A DNA stretch of 64,000 nt, from the NCBI RefSeq assembly GCF_035084215.1, contig NC_090351.1, forward strand, positions 33,604,001-33,668,000, written 5' to 3'. The position numbers and the translations under genes are program-made. Each line of letters starts with the position of its first letter. Positions within the stretch are counted from its first letter, which is position 1. Below the pieces are notes generated by a model. It ran no database searches. It saw nothing but the letters and a program-made list of their open reading frames with translations, and was not told the origin of the DNA. Source of the stretch: Heptranchias perlo. Taxonomy: Eukaryota. This document shows, one piece after another, positions 61,629 through 64,000 of the stretch.

Positions 61629-62348
61629 GTAGAGTGAGACTGTCCGCCCAGTTATAATTAACGCTCCAAATTGTGGTGCCACTCCACTGTACGTTTGACT
61701 TGTGGTGTGGGTTTGGAGCTGTAAGAACAGTGAGAGGGGATGTAGTAGCAGGACCAAAGTCTACAGCCGTGTAGAACAGTAGGACTGGAGCCAACCTACT
61801 GTAAAGAAGGGAATGGAACCGGCATACTGGAAGCAGGCCTTGGTGGGAGAGAGGAGCGGAGTCAGACCTAGAGGTGAGCCTGGGAGGGAAGGAGAGAGCG
61901 AATAAGTGGTGCACTTATAGCAGTCTTGGTGGGAGGTGCGCCTGGAGCACTTGGCTAAATCCGAGGACTAGAATGTAGTTTAAGTTGCAGGAATTAGATG
62001 TGGTGTATTTGCAGAACAGTTTGTTCCTTCTTATTCATCCTCAGATTTCCTCTTTTTGTGTTTGGGAAACAAGAGGTGAAGATGGTTGCTTGGACAATTT
62101 TAAAAAGTCTGTATCCATGTCCGAGTGAGACCTCCTCAGCCAGTTACTATTGTTCTAGGAGCTGTATGGCTGGTGAATTTAACTGTCACAGGCCCATATG
62201 AGCAAGACTCTGCTTGCTACTACCTGCTACTACATCCCCTCTCACTATTCTTCCAGCCCCAAACCCACACCACAAGTCAAACGTACAGTGGAGTGACACT
62301 AAAGATTTGGAGCGTAAGTTATAACTGGGCGGACAGCCTCAGTCTACT
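61629..62348. repeat. About 125-bp inverted repeat pair (61629-61752 / 62223-62348), possibly a TIR element
   Basis: ctgtccgcccagttataa..cactccactgtacgtttgacttgtggtgtgggtttgg..gatgtagtagcagg, mirrored on the opposite strand. Confidence 0.85.
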
Positions 62349-63246
62349 CTGAGCAAGAAAGCACAACCTGTGGTGTTTGCAAGAACACCGCAGAGCAGTG
62401 TATCAATCACATCTGAAACTTGCGATATCCTGTGTTATCTTTATAATGCACACTGGTGAAACCTGTGGGGTGGTTTTGGTTTGTTTTTCTGTGGTGATGT
62501 CCCACACTATGTACCTTGGCTTGTCACCTTGGTTTCTCAATAATTTTTTTAAAAAAATTGTTAGTCTGTGGAAAGAACACTTCTTCTTTCCTACATAAGA
62601 ATAATTATTTCTTAATTATTTTTAATATTTATTTTCAAGTTATTATTCTCTCCTATTGCCCTAACCAATTTATTCTTCTCTTTGTATTGTATCAGAAGCC
62701 TCGATGCTATGGCCGCTTGAAGTGGTCCCAACTCTATTTAAAGTGGTTCTGCAATGTCCTCGGGCTGCGAGTACAGTGGAATTGATCCCACTTACATGTA
62801 GGTGATGTTAAGAGCACCAGGAAGGATGGAGGAAGAATTGTGCATACACAATTTATGTGCACGCCGTTCTTTAAAGGGTACAATTGCACCTTATATTTTC
62901 TGGCGACGGAGCTTCCCAGTTGGTTTGTATGGGTGGGCAGAAAAAAATGGGAGCCAGAGATATCCGGTGGGGGCGTCCTTCTACATCAGCCAGCATTTCA
63001 TTTCTGGTGGAGCCCTCGGAAAAGCACTTCCTGACTAACACCACCTCATTTATATAACAGGACTGCCGCTCAATATAAAATGGGCATAAATATTCTTCGA
63101 GTTCTCCATGAGGAGTACAGCCGGCTGGTGGGATGAACGTTGATTTGTTGAATTTCTTTCAAGCAAGAGCTGGGCCTGTTTCTGGCTGGGGCGGAGATCA
63201 CCTCGTACAAGAGGTTGGTGCCTTGTAACGTTAATCAGGGCTAGTT

Positions 63247-64000
63247 TCATAAGAACATAAGAACATAAGAAATTGGAGCAGGAGTAGGCCAATCGGCCCC
63301 TCGAGCCTGCTCCGCCATTCAATAAGATCATGGCTGATCTGATCCCAACCACAAATCTAAAGAACACAAGAAGTCGGAGCAGGACCCGGCCACATAGCCC
63401 CTGGGCCCTCTCCGCCACCCACAGGGCATTGACCGATCCGAACTCAGCTTCATGTCCAATTTCCTGCCCGCTCCCCATAACCCCTAATTCCCTTTACTTC
63501 TAGGAAACTGTCTATTTCTGTTTTAAATTTATCTAATGATGTAGCTTCCACAGCTTCCTGGGGCAGCAAATTCCACAGACCGACCACCCTCTGAGTGAAG
63601 AAGTTTCTCCTCATCTCAGTTTTGAAAGAGCAGCCCCTTATTCTAAGATTATGCCCCCTAGTTCTAGTTTCACCCATCTTTGAGAACATCCTTACTGCAT
63701 CCACCCGATCAAGACCCTTCACAATCTTATATGTTTCAATAAGATCGCCTCTCATTCTTCTGAACTCCAATGAGTAGAGTCCCAATCTACTCAACCTCTC
63801 CTCATATGTCCGCCCCCTCATCCCCGGGATTAACCGAGTGAACCTTCTTTGTACTGCCTCGAGAGCAAGTATGTCTTTTCTTAAGTATGGAGACCAAAAC
63901 TGTATGCAGTATTCCAGGTGCGGTCTCACCAATACCTTATATAACTGCAGCAATACCTCCTTGTTTTTATATTCTATCCCCCTAGCAATAAAAGCCAACA
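63247..64000 (-). mobile_element. Young CR1 3' portion, continuing beyond the window
   Basis: ORF 63450..63998 almost matches the C-terminus of ORF 902..2719. Same duplicated 3' UTR and tail. Confidence 0.95.

Noticed and set aside
62796-62845. Candidate leader exon for gene B
   Set aside because: The ATG frame ends in phase 2 and is not hydrophobic. The phase-1 frame has no nearby ATG. The leader probably lies outside the window.

Overview
Vertebrate genomic DNA, most likely from a cartilaginous fish (inferred from DeuSINE/SacSINE1-type SINEs and the CR1, L2 and Harbinger repeat families). Two tandem minus-strand CD300/pIgR-like (MDIR-like) Ig-superfamily receptor genes can be rebuilt exon by exon from GT-AG sites and compatible phases. 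Gene A: leader 44403-44451, V1 27874-28203, V2 24782-25105, stalk 18809-18869, TM 6788-6894, and two competing cytoplasmic exons at 5661-5713 and 4991-5046; its 3' end is unresolved. Gene B: V 60282-60617, stalk 59911-59947, TM 56864-56964, cytoplasmic 53739-53794, and a last exon 51459-51650 with an ITIM and an ITSM; its leader was not found in the window. The rest is mostly transposable elements. These include a young CR1 LINE family (one full-length copy with an esterase ORF1 and 69-bp 5' monomers, nested in an older CR1), older CR1/L2/Penelope remnants, three Harbinger-derived elements, SINEs, MITEs, a 28-bp minisatellite and several inverted repeats. The most interesting candidate is gene A, a two-V-domain pIgR-like receptor whose tail may switch between an NPVY (NPxY) exon, which begins with a recursive-type AG|GTAAGA site, and a YTMQ (YxxQ) exon. 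All gene models are manual predictions without transcript support, and repeat boundaries are approximate.
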